A DNA stretch of 64,000 nt from Marsupella aquatica (lineage: Eukaryota; Plantae; Marchantiophyta). Shown one piece after another: positions 13,407 through 26,000 of this stretch. The stretch covers positions 3,690,211 to 3,754,210 of the forward strand of contig OZ316897.1 of the NCBI GenBank assembly GCA_973895155.1, in the 5' to 3' direction. Position numbers and translations under genes: made by a program. Below the pieces are notes generated by a model. That model was not told where the DNA came from, ran no database searches, and was given only the letters and a program-made list of their open reading frames with translations. The number at the start of each line of letters is the position of its first letter. Position 1 is the stretch's first letter.

Positions 13407-15647
13407 TGTCGTGCGCATAAACATCGCTACACAACATACATCGTTTGTGACACATATCTAAGCATAGTCACAATCAACATCACAAACATAAGAGAATGGA
13501 GTACAAGTGAAACTCATATCCACACATGTCCAAAACCCACAATAGTAACAGTGGATGTTGATGGAGTGTCACTCTGGCTAGTGCTACTAGAAGAAGCAAC
13601 AGCTGGAGCAACAAGTTGAGAAACCGCACTTGTGCCGTAAGTGATGGACACATAGTTTGGTGACCAATGTTGTCTCCATATCTCAATGTCAGCCAAATGG
13701 GTCTTCCAAAACTCATGGTAATCATCCATGGGTGGACCCTCCAAATGCTTAAACAACCTTTTCCATGCCATGAAAGGTGTAAACAATGTGGCGTTACGCA
13801 TCGTTTGCATATCACACCACATATCAAACTCTTGGATGAAATTATCCAAATCAATTGTGCCAACTGCACCAGAGTATCTCCTAGGGCCCTTAGTGGACCC
13901 ATACGTCTCCTCCATATCCCACAACAATGGTACAACTACCTGATGATGAGGAGACTTGGTTACTAAGTCCTCGTCAGAATCGCTATCTGAAGCTCCACTA
14001 GTAACTGCTAGCAATGTTGTTGGTCAAAACTGCACTCCACTTCGAGTGAAACCGGTCGGTCGTTCATCCGGTAGCCACGCATCACTAGGAGACTCCGTTG
14101 GAGACCCTTCTCACCACCACACACCTGCAACACAATGATATCTCATAACATCGTTTCTTGTAAGCTTTAGTGCTTCCAAGATGATCTCTCACGAACCATG
14201 GGTCGTGGGTACCTGCCTACCCAGGCACACCCAAATCACTCACAAGCCGTGGGTTGTGGGATATCTCCTCACTCTAATAGAAACCTCACAGACCGTGGGT
14301 TGTAGGCTATCCGCCCCCAAACACAAAATAATCAAGACCCCTCACGGACCGGGGGTTGTGGGTACCTGCCTACCCAGGCACACCCAGATCACTCACGAGC
14401 CGTGGGTTGTGGGATATCTCCTCACTCAAATCAAAACCTCACGGACCATGGGTCGTAGGCTATCCGCCCCAAACACAAAATAATCAAGACCCCTCACGGA
14501 CCGTGGGTCGTGGGTACCTGCCTACCCAGGCACACCCAGATCACTTACGAGCCGAGGGTTGTGGGATATCTCCTCACTCAAATCAAAACCTCATGGACCG
14601 TGGGTCGTAGGCTATCCAACCCCAAACACAAAATAATCAAGACCCCTCACGGGCTGTGGGTTGTGAGCTCACTACTCACTCAAGTCAAGCGCTAAATACG
14701 GCGGAAATTACGGACAAAGTACTATTCCCTAATTTGTCATTTTCTCTGTGCCCTAAGTCACAACCGCACCTCGCCTTTCCGTAGTGCCTTCTTCGTGGCG
14801 TGCCGACAACACGATTCACCAACATTCAACGTCGTTTCCTTCATAGAAACGCACTATCCATCAACAAAGAACTTGATGCAAATCAAATTGCTTCCTACAA
14901 CAATTGTAAACACATTCAACTATCGGGCTCCCAATTGAACCGCCTCAATCACAACCACAAAGAGTCGTACATCCGACTACTTTCCCTTCACAAAATATCA
15001 GCCGACGCCACCGCCTGACTCGCACACAATTGTTGACAGCAACATCCGCTTGTCGATCACACAATCAATCCTCCACGATGCAGCAATGCATATCGATGAA
15101 GATTGCAACTCCAAAACTGCAACTTAGCAAACCACAACTTGAAGCTTCACTTCTATGCGAGCGCCGCACCAACTTGCAATAGATCGAGATACCAACGATC
15201 TGTTCAATAACAACACCCGATCCGAGCTACCACGAATCGTCAACAACAAAACCAAAATGAAATCAAACTTCTGTCTGCACAGTCCGCACAACAGAGTTTG
15301 AAGCTGATCTTTTGATGTAATTTTCAAGAGCAATCGAACAACGATTGATGCTAATCCAACACACAATCCTGCTCGATGCGATCACACACTTATGTCAAGC
15401 CAAACGCACCTTGCGCCTCAAGGAATCCACATTACGTACACACACAACCTAGACAGCCACACCATAGCCGCTAGAGTTTGTGCTCGAAAGGCTCAACATC
15501 AAAGATGAGATCTTTGAGCCAACACAAAGAGATATAACTATCCCTCACAGACATACACTAACCCTAAAACACTTAGATAACACACATATGAAAGCCTCAA
15601 ACCTACATAGTCTGATATCCTATACTACCACTCATATTGGTGTGACA
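13407..15647 (-). mobile_element. Inserted element with TGTC...GACA termini, 4-bp TSD AAGG and a gag-like ORF (LTR-retrotransposon derivative or Ginger-like)
   Basis: Junctions tgc-AAGG|TGTCGTG and GTGTGACA|AAGG-tcaat. Removing the insert and one TSD restores the transposase frame (V-C-K-V-N-P-Y-F). Minus-strand ORF 13514-14014 contains RYSGAVGTIDLDNFIQEFDMWCD...WKRLFKHLEG, which is capsid-like. Confidence 0.8.
14186..14680. repeat. Higher-order tandem repeat, ~154-bp unit x ~3.2, built of three ~50-bp subunits
   Basis: gtgggtacctgcctacccaggcacaccca recurs at ~14206, ~14358 and ~14510; each subunit carries ccgtgggt(c/t)gt(g/a)gg. Confidence 0.9.
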
Positions 15648-17784
15648 AAGGTCAATCCATATTTCATCCAGAAACTAGATGTTGTTGGAATTCTTGGATC
15701 CTCTTCAATCCAAAATTGACCGCTGCTTTGAGGATGCTTTCATTGGATGTCTTTGCTCATGCCCTTGATGAATATGTGTGGATTGGAGAGAGCACTGCCA
15801 TGAAATGCTTAAAGCGATTATGCTCTGCTGTCAATGAGCACTATGAGGAGGAGTACCTCAGACAGCCCAATCTGATGAATCAAAGGAGGACGTTATCAAT
15901 CAATTACAAATCAATGAAGAACATGGTTTCCCTGGTATGTTTGCATCTCTAGATTGTATGCACTATGAGTGGAAGAATTGTCTCGTGGTTTGGCAAGGCC
16001 TCTTCACCAACAAGGACGGAGAGAAATCCATTGTTCTGGAGGCCATAGCAAATCAATCCCTCTGGATTTGGCATGCCTACTTTGGCTTGCCTGGTGGGAA
16101 TAATGACTTGAACGTGCTGGATCAGTCCCCTTTGGTCAACAATTTCCTGAGAAGTGAAGCTGATGAGGTCAGATTTACTATGAATGAACGCCTCTATGGT
16201 CGATATTATTTGTTCACTGATGACATTTTTCCAAACTGGTCCATCTTCATTAAAACTATTCAATTGCCACAAGGAAATGCCAGAAAGTGGTTTCCTAAGT
16301 GCCAAGAGGGGGCCCAGAAGGATGTTGAGAGGGCTTTTGGTGTTTTGCATCAGTGATTTGCAATTGTGAAGAACCCAGTTCAAATGCACTATCAACATGA
16401 AATCAAGGACATCCTTCTTGCTTGTGTCATTTTACATAACATGATTGTGAAGGACAAGAGAGGTGATATATTGCCTGTTGATTGGGACTTCTCAGACAGA
16501 GCTAGAGCTCAAGCTGGAAAAGACCTTGGTAGGCAAGATTGGACAAAATACTTGGTTGCTACATGAGCTATTGAGGATGCTGAAACTCATTTTTCATTGA
16601 GAATAGACCTGGTAGCACACCTTTGGTCCCTGAAAGGACAGGGCCACCATTTTGACTATGTGGGAAATCAGGACTTATGATTTCCCAATTTATTCATTGT
16701 TCACAGTTTGGTTTGTCTATAATAAAATATAATTTGTTCCCATCACATTTGTCATGCAAAATTGCAATATATTGAAAGTCTATTTGCATCCAATCTTGCA
16801 AGGGGCACTCAGGCCAAAATGTCCCAACAATGAATCACTCATCACATACAAAAAAGTGTGTGCTTTCATTCATCTTTCTCAAAATGTACAAAAATGGAGA
16901 AGACTCTATGAAATGCTCTCGTGAATGCCATATTGACCTCAAGCTGGAAAATAACTTCGCTAGAGTGCAAAATGTTTAAGTAAGTCACCTATTGTGACTG
17001 CCAATGTCTATACCATGGCACTACCTAAACCTGAAGTAGAGCCTCATTGGCAAAGACATTTGCTCTACAACTACAACCTGGTTGAAGCTGCTAATAAGAA
17101 AGCTGATAACATTGTTGCAATGTGAGAGGGCAAATGAAGCTATTAAGGTGAGGGGTACTGCCAGCAAACTCCATCAATCAGTTGGCCATCCCCATCACTG
17201 CCCTCAGAGTCATGTCATACACCTTTTCCTTGGCCTTTTTTGCTCGCCTCTCCTGGCGCTTCTCAATTCTCTTCAATTGAGCTTCCCTCTTCCTCCTTCG
17301 GGTGTTGGATCATTTGCATGATCCTTCCCACTCTCCTTTGCTCATGATCATTTGCAACTGGGTCCTTATGAGGGAAAGGCTCCTCTGGAGGAGAATCAGC
17401 CAGAACTGACACTCCATCGACAAAGGAGGGGTCCTGTACATACTGCTACTGCTCATGGCTCGCCTGCACATGCTGAGAAGAAGGAGCCATGGTGAGGTTT
17501 GAGTCGGTAATTGTCACTTGCTTGGGAGGCATTTTGCAGAATTGAAAATGTGACCTTGATTTCCCAGCCCCACAAATGCAAAAATCTGCACAAGAAAGGT
17601 CGATGGAAAAGGCAGCCCGATTGCGCAACAAGGAAGAAGGAGTAGGTACAATGCTCGGTACAATATGAGAGAGAGGACTCTCGTGAGGACTCAGCTCCCA
17701 AAGCATTTCTAGGGCGAATCTACCACTAGACAACTGCATGCTAGGCAGGTTGGAACTTGTGTCAATGAATGCACAAAAAAGACC

Positions 17785-18945
17785 TTGATAATAGATTATA
17801 GATCTGGCCATGTGCACCCAAGCAATGTCGAATCCACCTAGCAGTTTGGTGATGCTATGCATTTTGCAGGCTTGAGCTTGGAGAGCAAAGGGCCTGATGG
17901 CCAATCCTCCTTCCTCAAATGGTCGGGTGATTGTGTCCCAGGCAACTAGTGCAATTTTGTCAGCTCTAGTGGCACTCTTGCCCCACAGGAAGATTTGACA
18001 GATTTTTTCCAACTGCTTATAGCCATTCTTCTAGAGGTTTAGAAGCATTAAATGGTAGATTGGAATAGCCCTAAGCACAACACATGCTTGAGGAGGACCA
18101 GTCTCCCAGCTTGGGTGAGGGTTCTATTGGTCCAGTGCCTAAGTCTTTTCCCAACTTTGCCTAGTAAGAATTCAGTTTCTTGACTAGGCCTAATTCTATT
18201 GCCAATAGGACAACCCAGGTAGGTTACAACTTCACCAGTGGCTGCAATTTGACATCCTATTCTCTCAATCCATTCAGGTTGCTCAGAGTTGTCGAGCTAG
18301 ATAATAATAGATTTTTCAATGTTGAGAAGGGCTCCAGACACTCTCGTACAGGTTCACAACTCTATAGGTGGTGGTGAATTCCTCTTCTGTGGCTTTCAAG
18401 AAAAGCCCAATGTCATCTGCAAAGAGTTGGTGGAGCAGGTTCTTCTCACTGCCAGTAGTGATACCCTGCAGCTCACCAAAATTCAATTTTGCCTCAAGCA
18501 GGCACATCAACGGTTGAGTGACAAGTGCAAACAGTAACGTTGCTGCAAGACGTCCTTGTCTTACTCCACGTCCTAGGACAATGTCCTTGGTGAATCCCCC
18601 ATTCACGTGCACTTTAGAAACAACATCAATGACCAGACCCTTAACCAGAGATATGAATTTTGGATCAAAATTCATGTGTCTCAGGGTTTCCCACAGAAGT
18701 GTGGTCAACCCAGTCGTATGCCTTGGCAAAGTCTAATTTTAGAAACACAATAGGTTGCTTGGAAATGTTGATGAATTCTTGACCCACTTTGAATGCCAAC
18801 ATATTGTCCATTATGCTTCTGCCAGCAATGAATCCAATTTCTTGGGATGAAACCAGCATAGGGACCACTAGTTTCATGCGGTTGGAGAGAATCTTTGCTA
18901 CAATCTTGTGTGTGATTGTGAGCATGGTGAGCGGTCTCCAACTTA
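17785..18945 (-). mobile_element. L1-type LINE reverse transcriptase fragment (frameshifted, truncated at both ends)
   Basis: WRPLTMLTITHKIVAKILSNR...GFIAGRSIMDN...FLKLDFAKAYDWVDH / RGVRQG...LLFALVTQPL...HQLFADD / FLWGK...IALVAWDTITRPFEEGGLAIR, spread over ORFs 18665-18925, 18316-18729 and 17446-18012. Confidence 0.92.
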
Positions 18946-19078
18946 ATAGACAAGGGCGGCTTTTTCACATGACTTTGCTTAGTCTTATTATATCGGAGGT
19001 AAGAATTTGGCCTAAATTAGGGAGAGATAAACATGATTGCCAAGAGAAGAAAAGACCCAAAGAATATGCTCATCACCC

Positions 19079-19280
19079 ATTACAAGAACTTATTTTTGTC
19101 CCTACAAGAACCTCTTGAGAAACATTTCGTGCTTTCCCCCCTAGAAGGACCCCTTTTGTCCCTACAAGAACCTCTCAAGGAACATTCGAGTGTTTTCGTC
19201 CCTACAAAGAACTCTTGTTGTCCCTACAAGAACCTCCTACAAGAACCCTTTGGTCCCTACAACAACCTCCTACAAGAACG
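19079..19280. repeat. Cluster of ~8 (gtc)cctacaagaac motifs just upstream of RPS21
   Basis: Motif at ~19081, 19101, 19160, 19201, 19223, 19236, 19255 and 19269 with variable spacing. Confidence 0.85.
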
Positions 19281-19307
19281 CTAGTAACGTAAGCGGAATC
19301 GAACCGA

Positions 19308-19318
19308 GTTTAGGGTTT
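19308..19318 (-). promoter_or_regulatory. Telo-box (AAACCCTA) in the RPS21 promoter; second copy at ~19711-19720 in the 5' UTR
   Basis: tttagggttt near the presumed TSS and again just before the ATG. Telo-boxes are typical of plant ribosomal protein genes. Confidence 0.7.
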
Positions 19319-19733
19319 ATTATCGAGAACTCGACTCTTTCGGTTCCCTTTGGTTCATTTTGCCCCTTCGCAACAAGAACTTCTCTCCGCCGCTCCGTCC
19401 TCTCGATCGCTCTTCTCTTCAGGTATGGTGTCGATCTTCTAGGGAAATTGGTAGAAGGGATAGGTTGATGTCCGTAAGAGCTCTCAGATCGTTTTCGTGA
19501 ATTTTTTGGTGGATAATTGTGATGTTTTCATCTATGTGATTACATCTATGTGCCTCGTCTTCTGGAGCAATGGTCTGGAAGGAAAGGCGGGTGTTGATCT
19601 GGGTGCTTGGATATTTTTTTGTAAACTCTGGGTTGTCAATTGCGATGATACGACTCGTGGGGTATATGGTGAGCTGATTGCATCCGTCTCTCCAGGCAGA
19701 TCACTTCAAGTTTAGGGTTTAGAGCTCGACAAG

Positions 19734-20316
19734 ATGCAGAACGAGGAGGGTGAGTTTGTCGACCTGTACATCCCGAGGAAGTGGTGAGAACGAAATCCTG
19801 CCTATCTGTGGACTGCCTGTTGTCTCTCTGTCTGGGAATTTCCATTTCTTGTCAGGATGATGAGGTTTTCGGTGGACGCAATTTTTGTGGTCATGAGTGG
19901 GGTTAAATTATTTAGAGGGCACCTTCGTCGATGTGGTCGTCCGAATTATCTGGGCAGAAGCCGGTCTGAGATTATCTTGTCAATTGGTGGACTGGCAGCT
20001 CCTCGACCAACCGGTTGATCACCGCCAAGGATCATGCCTCAGTTCAGCTGAATGTGGGGCATTTGGACGAGCACGGCATCTACAACGGAACGTTCACAAC
20101 ATTCGCCCTCTGCGGCAACGTCAGGGCGCAGGTGAGAGAGGCTCGTCGAATTTATTTTTCAGACTTTCGGCATCATCGTCTGAGTCAGTTTAGTGGCACA
20201 TCTCGGCTTACCGTTTCTGAATGGAGTTTTACTTGTTTGGTGACGTCGAGCAGGGCGATGCTGACAGCGCTTTGGATCGCCTTTGGGCAAAAAAGAAGTC
20301 CGAGCTCGGTCAGTGA
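19734..20316 (+). CDS. RPS21: 40S ribosomal protein S21 (eS21), 81 aa
   Basis: Exons 19734-19783, 19999-20131 and 20254-20316 give [82 protein letters not shown] probable 5'UTR intron starts at cag|gtatgg near 19423. Confidence 0.97.
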
Positions 20317-21793
20317 TGCCATCTCCAAGAGTCTCTAACGACATAGTGATAAGAGGACAGGGGATTGCTCTGGTTCATGGCTTTGGATAAGAAGGCCTTC
20401 TAGCTATCCTCTCTTTTGTAATAGGAGGTTCGCCAGCTCGAAGTCTTAAGGGATGCAATGGAAACATACAAATTATTAAAGCTGCGAATTGGTGCAGACC
20501 CCTTTTTTGGCATAGGAAGGGTGATAGCTCAAAGTCTTTATCTGTGCGAGGGAATACATTAAGAGTATTAAAACTTTCGGGACTGAGCACGTTTTGTCTC
20601 TTCAAAGTTATCGTTGGCCTTGAGTTTCTTGGAAAAGCACGTTGAATGTTTATGGAAATTTCTTCGTGGTGACATTAAATTCGTCCATAGCTTCTTCACA
20701 GTAGTTGGGAGATCTTGCTGCGGCAGTTCAAGATCGTTCGCTTCAGGGCCCCGCTGATATGCTCAGAGTAGACGAAGGGTAGCGACGTGAACTTAATGGT
20801 CTGACAGAGCTTAATTAGTCACTGTCGGTTCCGACATTTCTGTTGGGGAAATTACCGAACTGCCTGTAAATTTTCTGATAGTACTGAAGCACCTCCGTTG
20901 CCTCTGGTCTGTTTCTGTTTTGAAGGCTTTCGGCCTGAACTGTTGTGCGGTTTGTGAATGTTGTGCGGGTTGGGTTTTGGAAAATTTCGAAACTTGAAGA
21001 GGCAGTTTTCCTTATTTTTTCATTTCTGAATCAGTGGCACGGTATGACTAGATGTTTTTTGGATATTTTTGGTACTCTGAATGTCATGTCCTCTTGAGAT
21101 ACTGATACGCGTGTCTGCTAGTTTTCTGAAAGAAAGGATTTCTTCTGAAGTTTTCATGGATAGGGAGGAATTCCTGAGTCAAGTGAAACGTAGCATTGTC
21201 TTTATGCTATAGTATAGTGTGAGGTATCACCCGGCTTGTTTTATTTACTCCGGTTCATTGTTTTGCCATCTTTATAGAGAGAATTTCAGAATCGTTTACG
21301 GGCCATGGAGATTTCTCTCAAGTTGCACTGTACAGTTCCTCCGGATGTGGAGGCTATATGATTAAAACAAAGTCGAATGATAACGAAGTTAATCATGGAC
21401 AATTGTTATGCGAAGGTGCCAGTTGAATTCAACTTCAAGTCGTGTAGGAAATTTTGATGTACATTGCTGTCTGATTTAGCAATGGAGATGAAATTGAAGG
21501 GAGATTATTCAATGATGAGAGCTCAGTTGCGAATTGCCCACATGATTCAGTTCATGAAACAAGCCCTTTTTCAGTATCGTTCGTAGGGTGATGAATTTTG
21601 TTAACCACGTCTGGATATTTTGCCATTTTGTTATTGTCGTGATTCTGGAGAGAATAGATTTTGCTTCGAGCTTGCAATTATGAATACGCATAATTTCAAG
21701 TGAGAATAGACTATCTGCGATTCTAATAAATAAATAATATAAATGCAGTCATTGAAGAGAGAATAGATACTAGGGGCGAGCTTGCCACAAACA

Positions 21794-22026
21794 ATGAACA
21801 TGCTTTAATCTGTAGGCCAGGAAATTTTGCAGGTTGTGTGAGATATGGGCCTGTTAAGAATTCTCTTCTTTGCAGGAGAACAATTACCGACAATTGATCG
21901 TGCGAGCTCCCTTAGCTATGAACATGCTCTAATCTGTAGGCCAGGTAATTTTGCAGGTTGTTTGAGACATGGCTTGTTAGGAACTCTCTTCTTTGCAGGA
22001 AATGATTATCGATAATTTATCGTGCG
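21794..22026. repeat. Tandem duplication, ~124 bp x2
   Basis: atgaacatgct.taatctgtaggccagg.aattttgcaggttg at 21794 and 21918. Confidence 0.9.
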
Positions 22027-22305
22027 GGATAAATTTCAACTACTGATAATGTTATTGTGGTCACAAGAGTGTCTCATTTTTATACAGCCGTGTAAAATTC
22101 TTTTCACTTGATCGCCGAGTATAGATATTGCGTAGTATGTCAATCCTACCTTCAAATCCAGAAGCAAGTTTGGTGAAAAGGTCTCTGCTCAGACGAGCAA
22201 TTGTTGGAATTTCAAATTGCATGTACTTTTGGAAAGGTGCCCTTGCAATCGTTTCACCGCCAAAACTGTGTCTACAAGTTTATGAACAACCTCAGTTGGC
22301 GATAA

Positions 22306-22412
22306 ATAGTGACAGTGAAGATTGGCGCTCAGATTCAAATTCCCCTAGAAGTGGTTGTTGATAGTGACAGTGAAGATTGGCGCTTGTATTTAAATTCTCC
22401 TAGAAGTGGTTG
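22306..22412. repeat. Tandem duplication, 55 bp x2
   Basis: atagtgacagtgaagattggcgct...ctagaagtggttg at 22306 and 22361. Confidence 0.9.
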
Positions 22413-23025
22413 ATTTAATTTGAATTATTGATGCCCAAGTTACAATGTTGTGATTTACACACTGCCAGCCTATAGGAAGATTTGCTAAAAGTTGACTTTA
22501 CAGTTTTAAAGAAAGTTCTTGCGGCAATTCAAAATACTCGTCTAAAAATTCGATAGAAACTTTTTGAGAAATTTGAGAAATGGAGTTCTGGTTTACGACA
22601 ACATCGTATACAGACATGGGTGCGTCTTTGAATTCTCCGTCCTTTCCTTTCAGGGTCAAAGTACTTATTACGAGCACAGTTACTTTCTAGTAAAATCTTA
22701 TGTTATTTCAAATCACATTTCAATTTCAATGCAAGAGAAGTCCGGGTGAGGAGTTGGTCCACGAAAGCATGTCTGACATCCATGGCAATGAACATACCTT
22801 CACGGTCGGGAAGGAAAGTGAATGTCCTGCAATCTCAACTGTTTCATAATGCACGTTTCCATTTTATTGGACTACAAAACATCACAACCACATCCGTCGC
22901 ACGTTGGCTCAATTGCTGCACTACTTGCGACAATCAAGTAACTGTTGAGTCACACCTCACATTCCTATAGACCGACTCTTTACATTATTGTACATGCTCA
23001 GACCTAGTAATGTCTAATCTAGCCA

Positions 23026-26000
23026 TTACTTGGGGAGCGCACTCTCGGCAGCACGTTTCGCGTCTCCCGCCTTAGACTGTACTCCACTCTTCAAATCCTG
23101 CAGCAGATGAACAGCAACCATTTAGTTACATTCCAGTGCAAATAGTTTGAGATTCAAGCATAATAGGCTAGTGCAAGTAATGAGATTGAGATCAGCAAGC
23201 TAGTCGTCAATCAAATTTCAACCAGCAGATGCAGATTGCAACTAGAAAACTAACTGCAAACGACGTCAAGAATGACATTGTCATGCAAATGATTCGATGA
23301 GATCAAGCTATCAGGTGATAGAGGTCTCAATAGAAATTTCCGGACAAATTATTGTTCTATGGTGAGTACGATAGACACCAATTTGCAGGCAAGCTTTGTG
23401 GGTAGAACGCAACACAGACCTCTAATTTGCTAGTGTCCGGAGTTGGTAGACCCGGGACCTCGGGGAGCTGTGGGATCAAATTAGGGAGTTTCGGAATTGA
23501 TCCTTGCGCTTTGTCGTTGAAAAAGCCCTTTCCCTCGGAGATGGTTTCGCTGCCCTTCTTTTGCAAGTCGGAGCCAATCTTGCCTACTTTCGCGGTGGCC
23601 TCATCGACTCTCTGCGAGTTCGGCTTTGGGGAGACGGTGGCGATGTTCGTCGCGGTTTGCTCGGTTCCTTTCGCGATGTTCTCTGCGATCGGGTTTTTGC
23701 CGAAGTTCGAGATCCTCTTCCCAGCATCTCCCAGTGCGCTTCCCGTTCCTCCATTAGTGCTGGCGACGCTCTTCCGGCTCAAAGGCCCAGGCTGCAATGA
23801 CAGTCAGGACATGTCAGTTACATCGAAAACATCTGAAATACTGTAATTTACTACTGTAATCAATGTTACACCGTCACATATACTCCTCTATACGCGTGTT
23901 GACATTTAAAACTAGACGAGGGACTGTAAGTTATTTAACGGTGATACTGTAATATGTTTCTTCAGATACAGTAACTTACTACTATACGTTTGCATCGTGG
24001 CAAGCGAAGTGTAAGACATACGTGATTGTATCTAGTCTATATAATCTAAACTATTATTGATAATATGCTTTTCAGGTGCATGAGTTTTATGGACCCAAAT
24101 TTGCACCAGACTGAAATTGTATATGATGATAATTTAAGTTCTTATTTGGTTCACGATTTAAGTAGGATTAAGAGGTTTCAGTAGCACTTATATCCATTTG
24201 CATTTGCACACATGTGCATATGCAAAGGAAGACTAAAAGGTACCTACGCTCACTCTAAAAAGGAGTATGGCTGAAACATAGATTACAGTGTCCTGCTTTA
24301 CTAACAAGCTATGGCTTCACTTTGCAAAGTGTCGTGCTTCAATAACAGCTTCACTCTGCAAAGGAATCTCTTGCTGGAGGATAGATTTAAATTACCAACT
24401 ATGGCTTTACTTTCCAGAGGAGTCTATTGCTTGTGGTTAGGTTGCATACTATTTAAACTTACAGACTATGGTTTCCCTCTAGGAGAGACCTGATGCACAA
24501 CGTGAAGGATAAATTGTGGTATACGATTTCACGCTGTAAACAAGGTCATGAATTGTCTATGGAAAATGAATTAGGGTCGATAACGAGATCATGACAAATG
24601 AAAGTTTCAGTATGTAAAAGGTAAACCATTGGAAATTACAACAAAGGTACTCTTGCTTCAAAAATTATTTTAGGGACCTACCTGGGTGGTCGCATTGTTG
24701 CCCGGGTGAAATCACGAGACACTTTTACAGAAGGACAGCTGTGTAAATGTGTAAGTATAGGCCTAGAAAGATTTGGCGATTACTGTTGGCAAGTAACTTT
24801 TGTTAAGGAGTGGCGGTAATGTACAGGGTGAATACTTCCATCCACTGGTGGCATTCTAACCTCGGACATGACAATAAAACGATACAGGTCCAACGCTGGA
24901 ACTAGATTGAAGTATGTTCACTAATTTCCATTTACCCTGCAACAGTTTACCGGGAGACGACAGAGGTTCGACTACGACAAGGCTGTCGAAGGCACACGGG
25001 GACAGGAATTGACATGTTAAGAGCATTTTAGCAGGAAATGGCAGTAACAAGAGATAACATGTAAGTGTGTAATCAAGGTGAGCTACAACTAGAGTACGCT
25101 ACATGTAAGTGTGTAATCAAGGTGAGCTACAACTAGAGTACGCTATGTATGACTTTGGAAACGAAATGGAAACAACCGCCTTCAAACCTTTCTTTAGTCG
25201 GTCTCCGCCGGTCGATGGCGATAGAAACGAATACCCACACTAGAGTCTCTTCATCAACGAAGCAATTTGCTTACCTTAAAGACAATGCACATGCGGAGGT
25301 AATCGAAAATTTATTACTTGAATTTGACGTAGTGAATCTGATTAATGAAACCAGAAATCTGATTGTATTGATATTTACATCTAAGTTCTGATCGAGGTGA
25401 TCAGAATTTTGCGAACGCAATAAATTGGGATGGTATAATTACATATGGAAAGTACAGGTTTTGGGTAGAAATTCTACGGCAAATGTCATCTAAAATATGA
25501 CAAAAGAATGATGCGAGCTAGTAAATTAGTTCATTGCTGGCTGAGGGAGAATTTCGGAAGATTCATCCACCATGAGACTAGAGGTTTTGATTAGAAAAGG
25601 AGGGAGTGACAGGTTGAGATCCTGTTATAGTCATCTGAGATCTGACAAACGGTTGACAAGGGCTAACTAAACTTCATTGCTGAGTGGGAAAGAGTTTCGG
25701 AAGGTTTATCCCGTACTACACTCCAAGAGAGGTATACTAGAAGGAAGAAGATAATAATTCCAGTAACATACCCTGTTCTTGCCAAAGATCCCATCGATTC
25801 GATCCCTAACGTCGCTGGCAACGTTTTCAACTCCCTTCTTTGCGTCTTCGACGACGCCTCCGGCATCAGGAGCGGAGGGGAGTGCGCTGACGGCGTTTTC
25901 GGCACCCTTCTTTGCGTCTTCAACTGCGCCTCCAGGACTAGGAGCGGAGAAAGTGGGAGCGGCGTTTTTGGCACTCTTCACTGTGGAGGAGATCTTGCTT

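Larger units (their letters stand above)
13078..16680 (+). pseudogene. PIF/Harbinger DDE transposase pseudogene, interrupted by a 2.24-kb insertion (13407-15647)
   Basis: The N-terminal part RGGSRPGKGRNIDRDRAQGHEQIWKDCF...HF..MRRPLF..IHDDVCK joins VNPYFIQKLD...LTAALRML..., SLDCMHYEWKNC, LWIWHAYFGLPGGNNDLNVLD, DVERAFGVL and ACVILHNMIV. Several frameshifts and stops. A possible left TIR gagcatccctaccgg lies at 12737; no right TIR was found. Confidence 0.9.

Noticed and set aside
24861-24936. Extra minus-strand exon in intron 2 of the LEA-like gene (gttgcag...gag|gttaga)
   Set aside because: Its length (76 nt) would shift the frame; the four-exon model is complete without it.
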